Source: a virus
Strand: one strand, 5' to 3'
Virus record (IMG/VR): IMGVR_UViG_3300045988_174371
Span: 160,001 to 224,000 of that record
DNA length: 64,000 nt
The notes under the pieces are model-generated. The model was not told the origin of the DNA, did no database searches, and saw only the letters and a list, made by a program, of their open reading frames with translations. Shown here piece by piece: positions 45,231 to 53,376 of this stretch (within the stretch, counting starts at the first letter, position 1; every line of letters starts with the position of its first letter). The position numbers and the translations under genes were made by a program.

Positions 45231-46109
45231 TTAGCTGTTGCAGGTCTGAAGCCCCTTTTGCAGGGCGCTCTTGTCTGCTTGGGTGATGCTCAGGTCATAT
45301 TTGGTGGCGGTGTCTATCCACAGCTGGGAGTAGTGGCACTGCTCACTGCTCTGAGGCATATACCCGGCAGGGGACTTACCATCCTTAGCTTTCGCTGACT
45401 CAGCAGATACGACGAGTAGCTGGCTGGTGTCGTTGGCGAAAGCTTCCTTCTTCTCTGCGTCCCAGTCCTTTGCGCCGTGGGTGGCGGCGTATTTCGGTGA
45501 GATTACATGGTCTACGCTAATGTTCTTGCGTAGACCAGTAGGGTCTTCGCCTGGCTTTACGGAGAAGGTGGTTCCGTCATAGATGCCAGCCCAGTTGCCG
45601 CTGGTGATGTCGCATGATGCTGGGTCATTATCCTTAGTGGTGACATCCTTGCCTTGCGCTTTGAGGACTTCTGCGCGGGTGGTGCATCCGTTGTTGTTGG
45701 TTGCCCAGATGTTCCACTCTGCGGGGGTGTACTCTACGTCTTCGGCTTTAGCTACTTTAAGGTTGTCTAGTGCTTTGCCGTAGGCGGTAACGGCTTCAGC
45801 ATCCTTTTTAGCTGGCTTATTGGGAAGGGCTGGTTCGGATAGCGCGCCACCTGCGCCTGCGCCCGTGCCGCCAATTCCGGGTGCTGTCAGCTTACACTCT
45901 TTACTGCTGTCTACCACGCTTTCGATGCACCTACCCGCCGCATCACCGAAAGTTTTGAAGGTGTAGGGGTAGGCGACTAGGGGGCTGAGGTTCTTAGTGT
46001 GGCTGACCCCGTATAGGTAGGGTAGACCGAAGGTGGCGATAATGATGACGGAGGCGAGTATTGTTTTAAATACACCTTTCCTATTTCCGTCTTGCTGGGG
46101 TTTGGGCAT
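45231..46109 (-). CDS. membrane-anchored/secreted DUF1524 (GmrSD C-terminal, HNH-like) nuclease
   Basis: 292 aa. N-terminal TM, then NNNGCTTRAEVL...C.ITSGNW...ISVDHVISPKYAATHGAKDW...EAFANDTSQLLVVSAESAKAKDGKSPAGYMP...QCHYS... in the family order. Confidence 0.6.
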   Translation of the reverse strand: MPKPQQDGNRKGVFKTILASVIIIATFGLPYLYGVSHTKNLSPLVAYPYTFKTFGDAAGRCIESVVDSSKECKLTAPGIGGTGAGAGGALSEPALPNKPAKKDAEAVTAYGKALDNLKVAKAEDVEYTPAEWNIWATNNNGCTTRAEVLKAQGKDVTTKDNDPASCDITSGNWAGIYDGTTFSVKPGEDPTGLRKNISVDHVISPKYAATHGAKDWDAEKKEAFANDTSQLLVVSAESAKAKDGKSPAGYMPQSSEQCHYSQLWIDTATKYDLSITQADKSALQKGLQTCNS

Positions 46110-46135
46110 GGCGGCGGCTCCTTACATGGGTCGTT

Positions 46136-47644
46136 TTAGATGCGGGGGGCTGTACTGTCGCGTAGCGCGTTAGGTCGCAGGTCGTCTCCGAGGTTTGCGG
46201 CGAAGTTCAGACCCAGGTACCCGGTGAACTGGTTGGTGAGGATGTGGTTATTGGTCACGCCGCCCACGTACAGGCTTGAGCCGGGGAATGCAGACATGAA
46301 GAGCTCTAGCTGGTTATTGCGCGTCCAGCGCAGGTTGATGTTCTGCGAGCGGTATTCCTGCTTGAGCTTTTCAAACTGGGTTTCCAGGTCTTCGTAACTG
46401 TCGCCGTATACGCGGATGTGGATACTGCCACGAACCCAGGGCTCACCGATGGTATCGTTCGCTTCCATCAGCTCTTCGAGTCGGAGGTTGGACTTCTGAA
46501 GCTCAGTGATGCCTGCGTGACCATATTCCTGAATCTGTTCAGCGCTCTTCTTGAGGTCTTCAGCTTCAAGGATGTGTTGCTGGCGGACGAAGCTAAATGC
46601 TTCTTTCATAATGTTGTTGGGCACGATTGCTAGTCGCGCAAATACGCTTGCTTGAGAGACCGCTGAGTTAGCGACTTCCGCGAAGGGTGCGATGTTTGGG
46701 AACTCTAGCACCTCAGGTAGCTGTGAGACGGTGAATGTCGCCACGTATTTCTTGAGGGTTGCTTTAGTGTATTCCTGGGTGATGACTAGGCAGGTGTTGC
46801 GGGAGTTGTCAATGAGATGCGCGTACTCGTAGGCGATTTGGTGGCTTCCGATACGTCCACCGGGCTCAATCTCCAAAGGGGGAACTGGAACTCCGGGGTG
46901 TAGGAGGCTCTTGGTGGCGAGAAGGATTTCGTCACGTGTTAGGGGTTCGCAAGAGAGAGCGCTTTGGCGCAATGCGCGGCGAATGGTTCGTTCACGCTTG
47001 GCGGCGTTGCGCTCTTCAAGTTCGGAAACGTTCTCACTGTAAATGCCGAGGAATATCTTTGCGTGTTCGGCAAGGAAGGCGGAGCCTTTCTTCATGCCGC
47101 TCATAAAAGCTTTCTTCGCATCTTCAAGGCTTTCCTCTGGCTCTTCCGACTCGTCAGCAATCTGCGTCTTCTGGAATTTCTTTCGGTCGCCAAGAAGTAC
47201 TCCTAGGTATGCGTCCTGCATGGTAATTCTAGATTCCTTCAGGATGTTTGCCTGGTACTTCATGATGCTGTCGTATTGTGGGTTCACCATTGCTTGCGCG
47301 GGGCTGTACGAGGTGGCGAGGAATGCGTTTGCGTCTAGTGGCGTGGATAGCGTGAACGGGAAGATGTGGATGGGGCCTGTCTCGCCTTTTAGGTTTAGTA
47401 GGCTTGCGTATGCCGCTGATGACATGTGTAGGAGTGCCGATTTGATGTCGGTTGATTCGAAGTCGAACTGAGCGCTGGACATGCGGTAGAACGCCCACAC
47501 TTCGGAGTCGCTGAAGACCATGTTGCGGGCGATAGTTTTCTGTGGGATGTCCAGTTCTCGCGGCTTGGTTCGAGTTTCAGGGCGTGCCAGCTTCTTCTCG
47601 CCGGGGAATCCTTTAAGCGGGTTGAAGGGGAAAGTGCTTGCCAT
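46136..47644 (-). CDS. VirB4/TraC-type protein, N-terminal (non-ATPase) domain only
   Basis: 502 aa. IARNMVFSDSEVWAFYRMSSAQFDF and INLRWTRNNQLELFMSAFPGS match the N-domain pattern of actinobacterial VirB4-like proteins. No Walker A anywhere. Confidence 0.5.
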   Translation of the reverse strand: MASTFPFNPLKGFPGEKKLARPETRTKPRELDIPQKTIARNMVFSDSEVWAFYRMSSAQFDFESTDIKSALLHMSSAAYASLLNLKGETGPIHIFPFTLSTPLDANAFLATSYSPAQAMVNPQYDSIMKYQANILKESRITMQDAYLGVLLGDRKKFQKTQIADESEEPEESLEDAKKAFMSGMKKGSAFLAEHAKIFLGIYSENVSELEERNAAKRERTIRRALRQSALSCEPLTRDEILLATKSLLHPGVPVPPLEIEPGGRIGSHQIAYEYAHLIDNSRNTCLVITQEYTKATLKKYVATFTVSQLPEVLEFPNIAPFAEVANSAVSQASVFARLAIVPNNIMKEAFSFVRQQHILEAEDLKKSAEQIQEYGHAGITELQKSNLRLEELMEANDTIGEPWVRGSIHIRVYGDSYEDLETQFEKLKQEYRSQNINLRWTRNNQLELFMSAFPGSSLYVGGVTNNHILTNQFTGYLGLNFAANLGDDLRPNALRDSTAPRI

Positions 47645-47698
47645 CTGCGTCTATTTCCTTTGTGGTTCTCCGTAGGGGTGGTTAGTGTCTCTATATCT

Positions 47699-47746
47699 CA
47701 TAGCAGAAACCCCCTCTTGCTCTGTTTTCAGGTAAGAGGGGGTTTC
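47699..47746 (-). promoter_or_regulatory. terminator hairpin fused to extended -10-like motif
   Basis: 13-bp stem GAAACCCCCTCTT / AAGAGGGGGTTTC (47706-47718, 47734-47746). Minus strand continues TTTCTGCTATGAGATATAG. Confidence 0.5.
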
Positions 47747-47790
47747 GGGTGCCTATTTATGCGTTAGTGCACCTTTTTCTGGCTGGAGGC

Positions 47791-48075
47791 TTAGCCGTTG
47801 CCACTCAGAAGGTCGGTGCCCACCTTCTCACCTGTGCCCGCAACCGTTTGCACAAATGCGTTGTCGGGGATGAGCCAGTTCGATGCGGCATATACAGCGA
47901 CGGCGATAAGGAGGACGGCGACAACCAGCGCGAAGCCCTTCTTGAAGTCAGTCTGCTTGATAATGGGTACCGCAGGGATGAGGATGAGCACCGTCACAAC
48001 AATTGCGATAATGGTGCTGACCAGGTTCTTCGTAATCACAAGCGCGAAAGGAAGAAGAAGTGAAGAGCTAATCAA
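47791..48075 (-). CDS. small hydrophobic T4SS-block protein (VirB2/TrbC- or TcpE-like role possible)
   Basis: 94 aa. TTG start with GGAG RBS, three hydrophobic helices. Confidence 0.35.
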   Translation of the reverse strand: MISSSLLLPFALVITKNLVSTIIAIVVTVLILIPAVPIIKQTDFKKGFALVVAVLLIAVAVYAASNWLIPDNAFVQTVAGTGEKVGTDLLSGNG

Positions 48076-48116
48076 GGTATTTCTCCAAAAGTAATGTAAG
48101 CGTTAGCATTGTCCCT

Positions 48117-48130
48117 GTATATATATCAGA
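48117..48130 (-). promoter_or_regulatory. extended -10-like motif TCTGATATATATAC
   Basis: Starts 6 nt after the stop at 48136, ~40 nt upstream of TTG 48075. Confidence 0.3.
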
Positions 48131-48135
48131 GATTA

Positions 48136-49362
48136 TTACTCGCCAGTGCTTACTGTTCTAACAATGTCGGAAGAGTCGGTGTCGTAAATGTCCGGTTCCA
48201 TGTTCGACACCAGGAACTTCTTATTGGGTTGCTGAGAGAGCGTCACTTTATATGTAACCGGGTAGGTGATGCTCTGCTTAGCGCTTTCCTTTGTTTCTGT
48301 GTCGGTACTGCCTCCTAGCTCATCAACCAGTTCGAGGTTTACCTTGGCGATGATGTCGCCGTTAGACTGTCGGTAAGCTTCGTAGGTGATGCTGTTGGTA
48401 TTGACGGTGTACTGACCACCGAAGCCGATGGTAGCTACACTCGACTTCTTAATATCAACGACATACTGAGATAGGTCGCCCGGCTTCTCGGGGGTAGCCG
48501 CCACATATGCCTTGAAATAGCCTTGAATGACGCTATCAAGGTCTGCGCTAGGTTGAACCCTTTCACCAGGGATGGTCTTGCTCTTCACTAGCTCTTGTGA
48601 CTTGCCCATTGAGAGTGAGGGGACGATGGCGGGGTGTGGGGTTGCGACGTAGTACTTGGAAGTTTTCTCGTTGTACGCTACGGTTACGGACATTGAGATT
48701 TGCTTCAGCTCAGCATTCTGGTTGTTGTTCTTAGCCGCATCCTTCACGGTGGTGCCTGTGCCGGTTGCGGATGGCTTGACCAGCGCTACCACACGGTAGG
48801 TTGCCAATGCGGAGTTCTTGTGTACGGCGACTCGCGTTACTTGTGGTGTGCCGATGACCTGCTGGGCTGAGTTGGCGGTGCTTGAGCGGATGTTGCTTGC
48901 GCCGTTATTGTCAGATGCCGATGATAGGCTGTCTCCGGTGAGGTAGAAGGCGAGCTGTTTCTCGGCGGTTTCGTCGGTTTTAAGGCTAAGGTATGCCTTG
49001 ACATAGTTCACGGCTATCTCTTCGCCAGCGGCTTTATTGAACCCGGTTTCTCCGTTTGCCGCGCGTGCTTTTGCGGCGAACTCTGCGTCGCTGAGCGTTT
49101 TAGGTAGGGTGTATGGGTGGATGATAGCGCTTGCAACACATGCGGCGAGTAGACCGCACACGGCAAAGGCGGTGATTCGCCCACGGGTTGCCCAGTTCTT
49201 ACTCTCTTTATAGAGAGGGTCGCCCAGGAATGAGACAGCGCCTTTTTCATTGTTGTTGGCGTAGAGGGTTTCCTCTTCGTCTGCGTGGAATGTGATGGGC
49301 TGTTCGGTGGGCGGTGTGGGCTTTACCGTTCGTTTGGAGCTGTGCTGACGACTGATAGCCAT
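48136..49362 (-). CDS. membrane-anchored conjugal transfer protein (TcpC/VirB8-like, inferred)
   Basis: 408 aa. TM ITAFAVCGLLAACVASAII, then an exo-domain starting AAGEEIAVNYVKAYLSL. Start overlaps the coupling-protein stop. Confidence 0.35.
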   Translation of the reverse strand: MAISRQHSSKRTVKPTPPTEQPITFHADEEETLYANNNEKGAVSFLGDPLYKESKNWATRGRITAFAVCGLLAACVASAIIHPYTLPKTLSDAEFAAKARAANGETGFNKAAGEEIAVNYVKAYLSLKTDETAEKQLAFYLTGDSLSSASDNNGASNIRSSTANSAQQVIGTPQVTRVAVHKNSALATYRVVALVKPSATGTGTTVKDAAKNNNQNAELKQISMSVTVAYNEKTSKYYVATPHPAIVPSLSMGKSQELVKSKTIPGERVQPSADLDSVIQGYFKAYVAATPEKPGDLSQYVVDIKKSSVATIGFGGQYTVNTNSITYEAYRQSNGDIIAKVNLELVDELGGSTDTETKESAKQSITYPVTYKVTLSQQPNKKFLVSNMEPDIYDTDSSDIVRTVSTGE

Positions 49363-51953
49363 TAGGGGGTGCCTTCCTTTGGTGTGCTTTGGTCTTTGCG
49401 GGTTTGGACGCTTTCAGAGATGACTCCGCTCATGTTTCGCGGCTGGAATTTGACGGGCGGTAGTTGCTCTGATGCCGGTTTAGCGGGTTGGGTTAGTCGC
49501 GGCTTTTTGGGTGTTTGCGGGGGTGTTCCTTTCGGAGCTTGAACGATTTTAGGTTTCTTCACCTTGTTCATAGCGCCTGCGGGGGTACTTGGGCGAGGTG
49601 GTGCCACCGGGGGCGTTACGGGAACTGCTACCTGCGGAGCTACCGGGGGCTTGCTCTTCGGTGCTTGAGCCTTGCTTACAGTGGGTTTGGTTCGCGCTGT
49701 GGTCGGCTTGCTCTCCCTACGCTTAGGCGTTGTGGTACCCTCTTGGGTCTGTGCCTTAACGCGGGGCTTTGGGTAGCGTTTCGGGGTGGTTGTTGTGGTG
49801 GGCGGGGTGACGGGTTCAGATGGTACGCGGGGGAGCTTGGTGAGTACCTGTTCGGGGAGGATGATGTGGGTGAGCGTACCGTCCATCCTTTCGCGTATTT
49901 CCTTGGTGATGGGGTCAGTGTAGGGGGTTTTGCGGATTATCATGCCTTCGGTGTAGAAGGAGCCCTTGTCTGGGTTTGGGCGGCGGAGGTTGATGAGCTG
50001 TTCCTCAGACACGCGGGGCACGATAGCCTTTTCGGAGGACTTGTAGTAGCGTCGGTTGTCGTCCCACTGGAGGAGGTTCTTCCAGATAACACGCTCTCGC
50101 TTTGAGTCCACCTTGTAGCGCCTGATTTCTTTGGTTCCAACGAGGGAGACGATTCGCTTTGCGGTTTCGCCGCCCTTCATGCCACCGAGCACTACTAGGG
50201 TATCTGCGTTTACGAGGAGGCTGTTCACTGCCGCAGGGTCGTTTTTCTCGTAGAGCTGTTCAAGGTTCTGCTGTCCAAGAGAGATGCCGACGTTAGATGA
50301 GCGCGCTTTTTCGAGTAGACCTGCGATGCTGGTTAGCGGGATGGTCTGAAACTCGTCAAAGAATATTTGGATGACGTTGAGTTTCTGGGTGTCGTCGCGG
50401 CGGCGGTGGGATGACATGCTTGTTAGGAGGCTTGCGAGCATTTTGCCGAAGCCGGTACTGACTTCCACTTCGGAGTCCGCGTTGAAGTCGAGCAGGACAA
50501 TGGATGGCTTCGCGCCGGGTGCGACGATTTCGTCAAAGTTGATGTATGGCTCTCCATTCTGGGGCAGACCTAGCCAGCGTCCGTATGCTGAATTAAGCAT
50601 GATGCTGACGTTTCCTCGGGGAGTCTCCCAGGAGTTCTTGATGTTGCCGGATGCACCTTCTAGGATGCGGCGGCGGAGGTCTGCGCCGGTTTTATTGCCT
50701 TCGGGAAGGTGGTTGAGTATGGCTTCCGGGTGCATGAGAGCGCCGCAGAATCGACGGAACTCACCGTTATGCCAAGGGACACCTGCTTGTTCCAGTTCGT
50801 CTGCGATGAGTGCGTATTCTGCGGGGTTACTGCGTTCTTTGCGTTTCATGTACACTTCAAGCTCATCTAGTGAGTTGAGGAGTATTTGGAGGGTTGCCCA
50901 AACGTCGTTCTTATATTTCTGAGCGTCGTCTTGGTACTTCTGGAAGCCGATTGCGATGTCCAGCTTCTCGGAAGGCTTCAACCCTGCGAAGGGGTCTAGG
51001 AATGCTGGGCCATGTGGATTGTAGGCGTTGTCGTATTCGCCGGTTTCGGGGTTACCTTGGGTGAAGTGGTAGAAGTTAATGTCTTCTTCGGCGGCGTAGT
51101 TCGCAAGTTTTCGGGCAAGCGCGAGGTCTGCCTTCATGTTCACTAGGATGCTGGTAATGCCTAGCTTTGCGTTGGCGCGGATTTCGCTTTCGGTGGTGGC
51201 GGTCTTACCGCTACCTGGGGAGCCGACTTTGATGACGTGGCGGGGAATTTCGGGGACGGTAAACCATACGCCTTCGCCTGACTCTTCGTTAATACCGTAG
51301 GCTACACCGGGGGACATGTCAGAGCGTTCGCCGGGTAGGATGAAGTTAGCGCCGGAGACGATTTGAGCTTCGAGCTTGTCGCGCTTGCGGCGTTGGAATG
51401 GGGTTAGGCGGTATTTGAACTTCTTCTCGCTCATCCAGAGTGAGTCGTTGTATTTAATCTCTTCGTTGTGGTCGTAGTCGTATTGGATTCTTACGGCTAG
51501 GAGCCAGCCTAGGAGCGACCCGAGGATGATGCCGCCTATGGTGAATGGCGCGCTGAATGAGCCCACCAGGTCGAAGATACCTGAGGGGCTGAGAAGGTAG
51601 TTGCCGGGGTTCTTGGTGAAGGCTGAGAAGGCGGCTGAGAACTTTTGAGGGATGTTCAGGATGAACCATAGTGCCAGCCCGACAAGGGCTGTTCCTCCCA
51701 TATAGAGTCCCACCTCGGATGCCTGCATCATCTTTTTGCGGGTGAGGTAGTAGTATGACCAGCTCACAATGATGATTACAGCGAACAGGGCGGGGCTACA
51801 GAGCACGAGTGCAACCAAGATGAGCGCCCATTTGGTGAGGGTGTATAGCAGACCTGAGATGAGGTCGCCGCCGCTGGAGCTATTTGAGGGGGGTGAGGTG
51901 TCGTTAGGGACTTCGTTACCTTCGCGCTGGTAGTTCAACGCTTCCTGGTTCAT
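49362..51953 (-). CDS. type IV coupling protein (VirD4/TraG family)
   Basis: 863 aa. N-terminal TM helices, VIKVGSPGSGKTATT (Walker A), VIQIFFDEFQ (Walker B), ~170-aa P/T/K-rich tail. Confidence 0.85.
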   Translation of the reverse strand: MNQEALNYQREGNEVPNDTSPPSNSSSGGDLISGLLYTLTKWALILVALVLCSPALFAVIIIVSWSYYYLTRKKMMQASEVGLYMGGTALVGLALWFILNIPQKFSAAFSAFTKNPGNYLLSPSGIFDLVGSFSAPFTIGGIILGSLLGWLLAVRIQYDYDHNEEIKYNDSLWMSEKKFKYRLTPFQRRKRDKLEAQIVSGANFILPGERSDMSPGVAYGINEESGEGVWFTVPEIPRHVIKVGSPGSGKTATTESEIRANAKLGITSILVNMKADLALARKLANYAAEEDINFYHFTQGNPETGEYDNAYNPHGPAFLDPFAGLKPSEKLDIAIGFQKYQDDAQKYKNDVWATLQILLNSLDELEVYMKRKERSNPAEYALIADELEQAGVPWHNGEFRRFCGALMHPEAILNHLPEGNKTGADLRRRILEGASGNIKNSWETPRGNVSIMLNSAYGRWLGLPQNGEPYINFDEIVAPGAKPSIVLLDFNADSEVEVSTGFGKMLASLLTSMSSHRRRDDTQKLNVIQIFFDEFQTIPLTSIAGLLEKARSSNVGISLGQQNLEQLYEKNDPAAVNSLLVNADTLVVLGGMKGGETAKRIVSLVGTKEIRRYKVDSKRERVIWKNLLQWDDNRRYYKSSEKAIVPRVSEEQLINLRRPNPDKGSFYTEGMIIRKTPYTDPITKEIRERMDGTLTHIILPEQVLTKLPRVPSEPVTPPTTTTTPKRYPKPRVKAQTQEGTTTPKRRESKPTTARTKPTVSKAQAPKSKPPVAPQVAVPVTPPVAPPRPSTPAGAMNKVKKPKIVQAPKGTPPQTPKKPRLTQPAKPASEQLPPVKFQPRNMSGVISESVQTRKDQSTPKEGTP

Positions 51954-51998
51954 GGTGTCCTTTACTTTCGTGAGTGTTTAGGGTTTACGGTTACTTTT

Positions 51999-52007
51999 CC
52001 TATAGCG
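51999..52007 (-). promoter_or_regulatory. -10-like motif CGCTATAGG upstream of the coupling-protein gene
   Basis: Lies in the divergent region, ~45 nt upstream of ATG 51953. Confidence 0.25.
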
Positions 52008-52051
52008 TTTGTTGCGGGTGGGGCGTATTCCTCGATGTGCCCTGCGGCTGA

Positions 52052-52060
52052 TGGTAGAAT
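52052..52060 (+). promoter_or_regulatory. extended -10 TGGTAGAAT
   Basis: 38 nt upstream of ATG 52098. RBS GAAAGGA. Confidence 0.4.
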
Positions 52061-52097
52061 TACTTTTATCTACTACTTCTTTTGAAAGGATTGCGCA

Positions 52098-53303
52098 ATG
52101 ATTTACGATGCGTTGGATTGGGGTGGCTTCGAGTTTCCCAAGGTTGAGGATTTCTTGAGGTTGCGCTCGCTTGGCTTGAAGGATTGCAGGTCTAAGTGCG
52201 ACTTTGAGGATTACAATTCTGGGCTTATAACGGATGTTCTGGGCGTTCCGACTGATTGGTTTGGTTGGCGTGTCAGTAATGCCTTTGGTGGTGGCGCTGA
52301 TGGGTGGTATGACGATATGAGGTCTGAGTATGGTTTCAAGGTGTGTGATGTTGCTGAGTTCTCAGGTCTTTCAGAGGATAATGTGGTTCAGCTGTATCGG
52401 GAAGGATGCCTGCTCGCTGAGCGTTCGTTGAAGGATGGGGAGCTACTTTTCCCGCCTATTCAGTTTGAGGATGTGGATGAGACGCGGCGCATTTCGCCTG
52501 AGTTCTTTGAGTGTGCCAAGATTTTGACGCGAGGCGGTTTTGGTGGTGAGCGGAGCGTGCATTTCTTGTTCTTTCCCACCACTAATTACGGGCTACTTAC
52601 TGCCGCTGAGTTGTTGAAGACTGGTGATGACGGCTTGCGGGCAATGGTTATTGCGGACACTCATAATTATGTTCTGAACACTTATGTTGAGAAGAGCGCG
52701 AACGAGTGGGTTGAAGTGACGAAGGGTTCGGTGCCTAATCCTGCTGTGGTTCAGGCTTTTGCTGGGTCTGGGTTCTTGGATGATTCGATGGTGGGCGAGT
52801 CAGATGGTGAGTTCATGTTTTCGGATGTTAGTAGGGTGTTGAAGATGAGTGAGGGGTTGATGCTTGCTCGGTCGCAGAGGGGAAGATGGGGTTATTCGGC
52901 GCGCTGGGGGCATGGGCTGTGTCATACGAGTGTTGCGCGTGCTTTAGGTTTGCCTGCTGAGGATGTTGTTTCGCTCTGCAAAAGCGGGGAATTGGTGGTT
53001 CTAGATGTGCAGGATATAGATGATGATTTCGAAGAAGCCTCTAGCTTGGAGTACACGGTGGCTGACTTTCACCTGCTGAGGGAAGGCTCTTGGGAAGAGG
53101 GCATTAAGGTTAGCTTGTGCCCTGCTTCTGTGAGGTTGGGTAGGGCGCTTCGGGAGTTGGGATGGTCACCTAGAGGTATTGCAAGCTTTATGGATTCGCC
53201 TTCGCCGTGGTTTGGTGTTGTGCCTCCGATAAGGTATGCGCGTCTTGGTGAGGAGTATGAGGCGACTGTGATTGCGGTTGCCGCCGCTTTGCCTTGCAGG
53301 TAA
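52098..53303 (+). CDS. multi-HTH protein with a DUF2384/MbcA-ParS antitoxin-like segment
   Basis: 401 aa. HTH-like VCDVAEFSGLSEDNVVQLYREG, FSDVSRVLKMSEGLMLA and TSVARALGLPAEDVVSLCKSG. FLFFPTTNYGLLTAAELLKTGDDGLRAMV resembles DUF2384. Confidence 0.35.
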   Translation: MIYDALDWGGFEFPKVEDFLRLRSLGLKDCRSKCDFEDYNSGLITDVLGVPTDWFGWRVSNAFGGGADGWYDDMRSEYGFKVCDVAEFSGLSEDNVVQLYREGCLLAERSLKDGELLFPPIQFEDVDETRRISPEFFECAKILTRGGFGGERSVHFLFFPTTNYGLLTAAELLKTGDDGLRAMVIADTHNYVLNTYVEKSANEWVEVTKGSVPNPAVVQAFAGSGFLDDSMVGESDGEFMFSDVSRVLKMSEGLMLARSQRGRWGYSARWGHGLCHTSVARALGLPAEDVVSLCKSGELVVLDVQDIDDDFEEASSLEYTVADFHLLREGSWEEGIKVSLCPASVRLGRALRELGWSPRGIASFMDSPSPWFGVVPPIRYARLGEEYEATVIAVAAALPCR

Positions 53304-53320
53304 TTAGGAAGGTGCGCAGG

Positions 53321-53363
53321 GAAGAGCCCTCTACTTGGTTTTTTGCCAGGTAGAGGGCTCTTC
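53321..53363. terminator. bidirectional terminator between convergent genes
   Basis: 14-bp stem GAAGAGCCCTCTAC / GTAGAGGGCTCTTC, followed by a T-rich run. Confidence 0.65.
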
Positions 53364-53376
53364 TTGTGTTTTGGGG

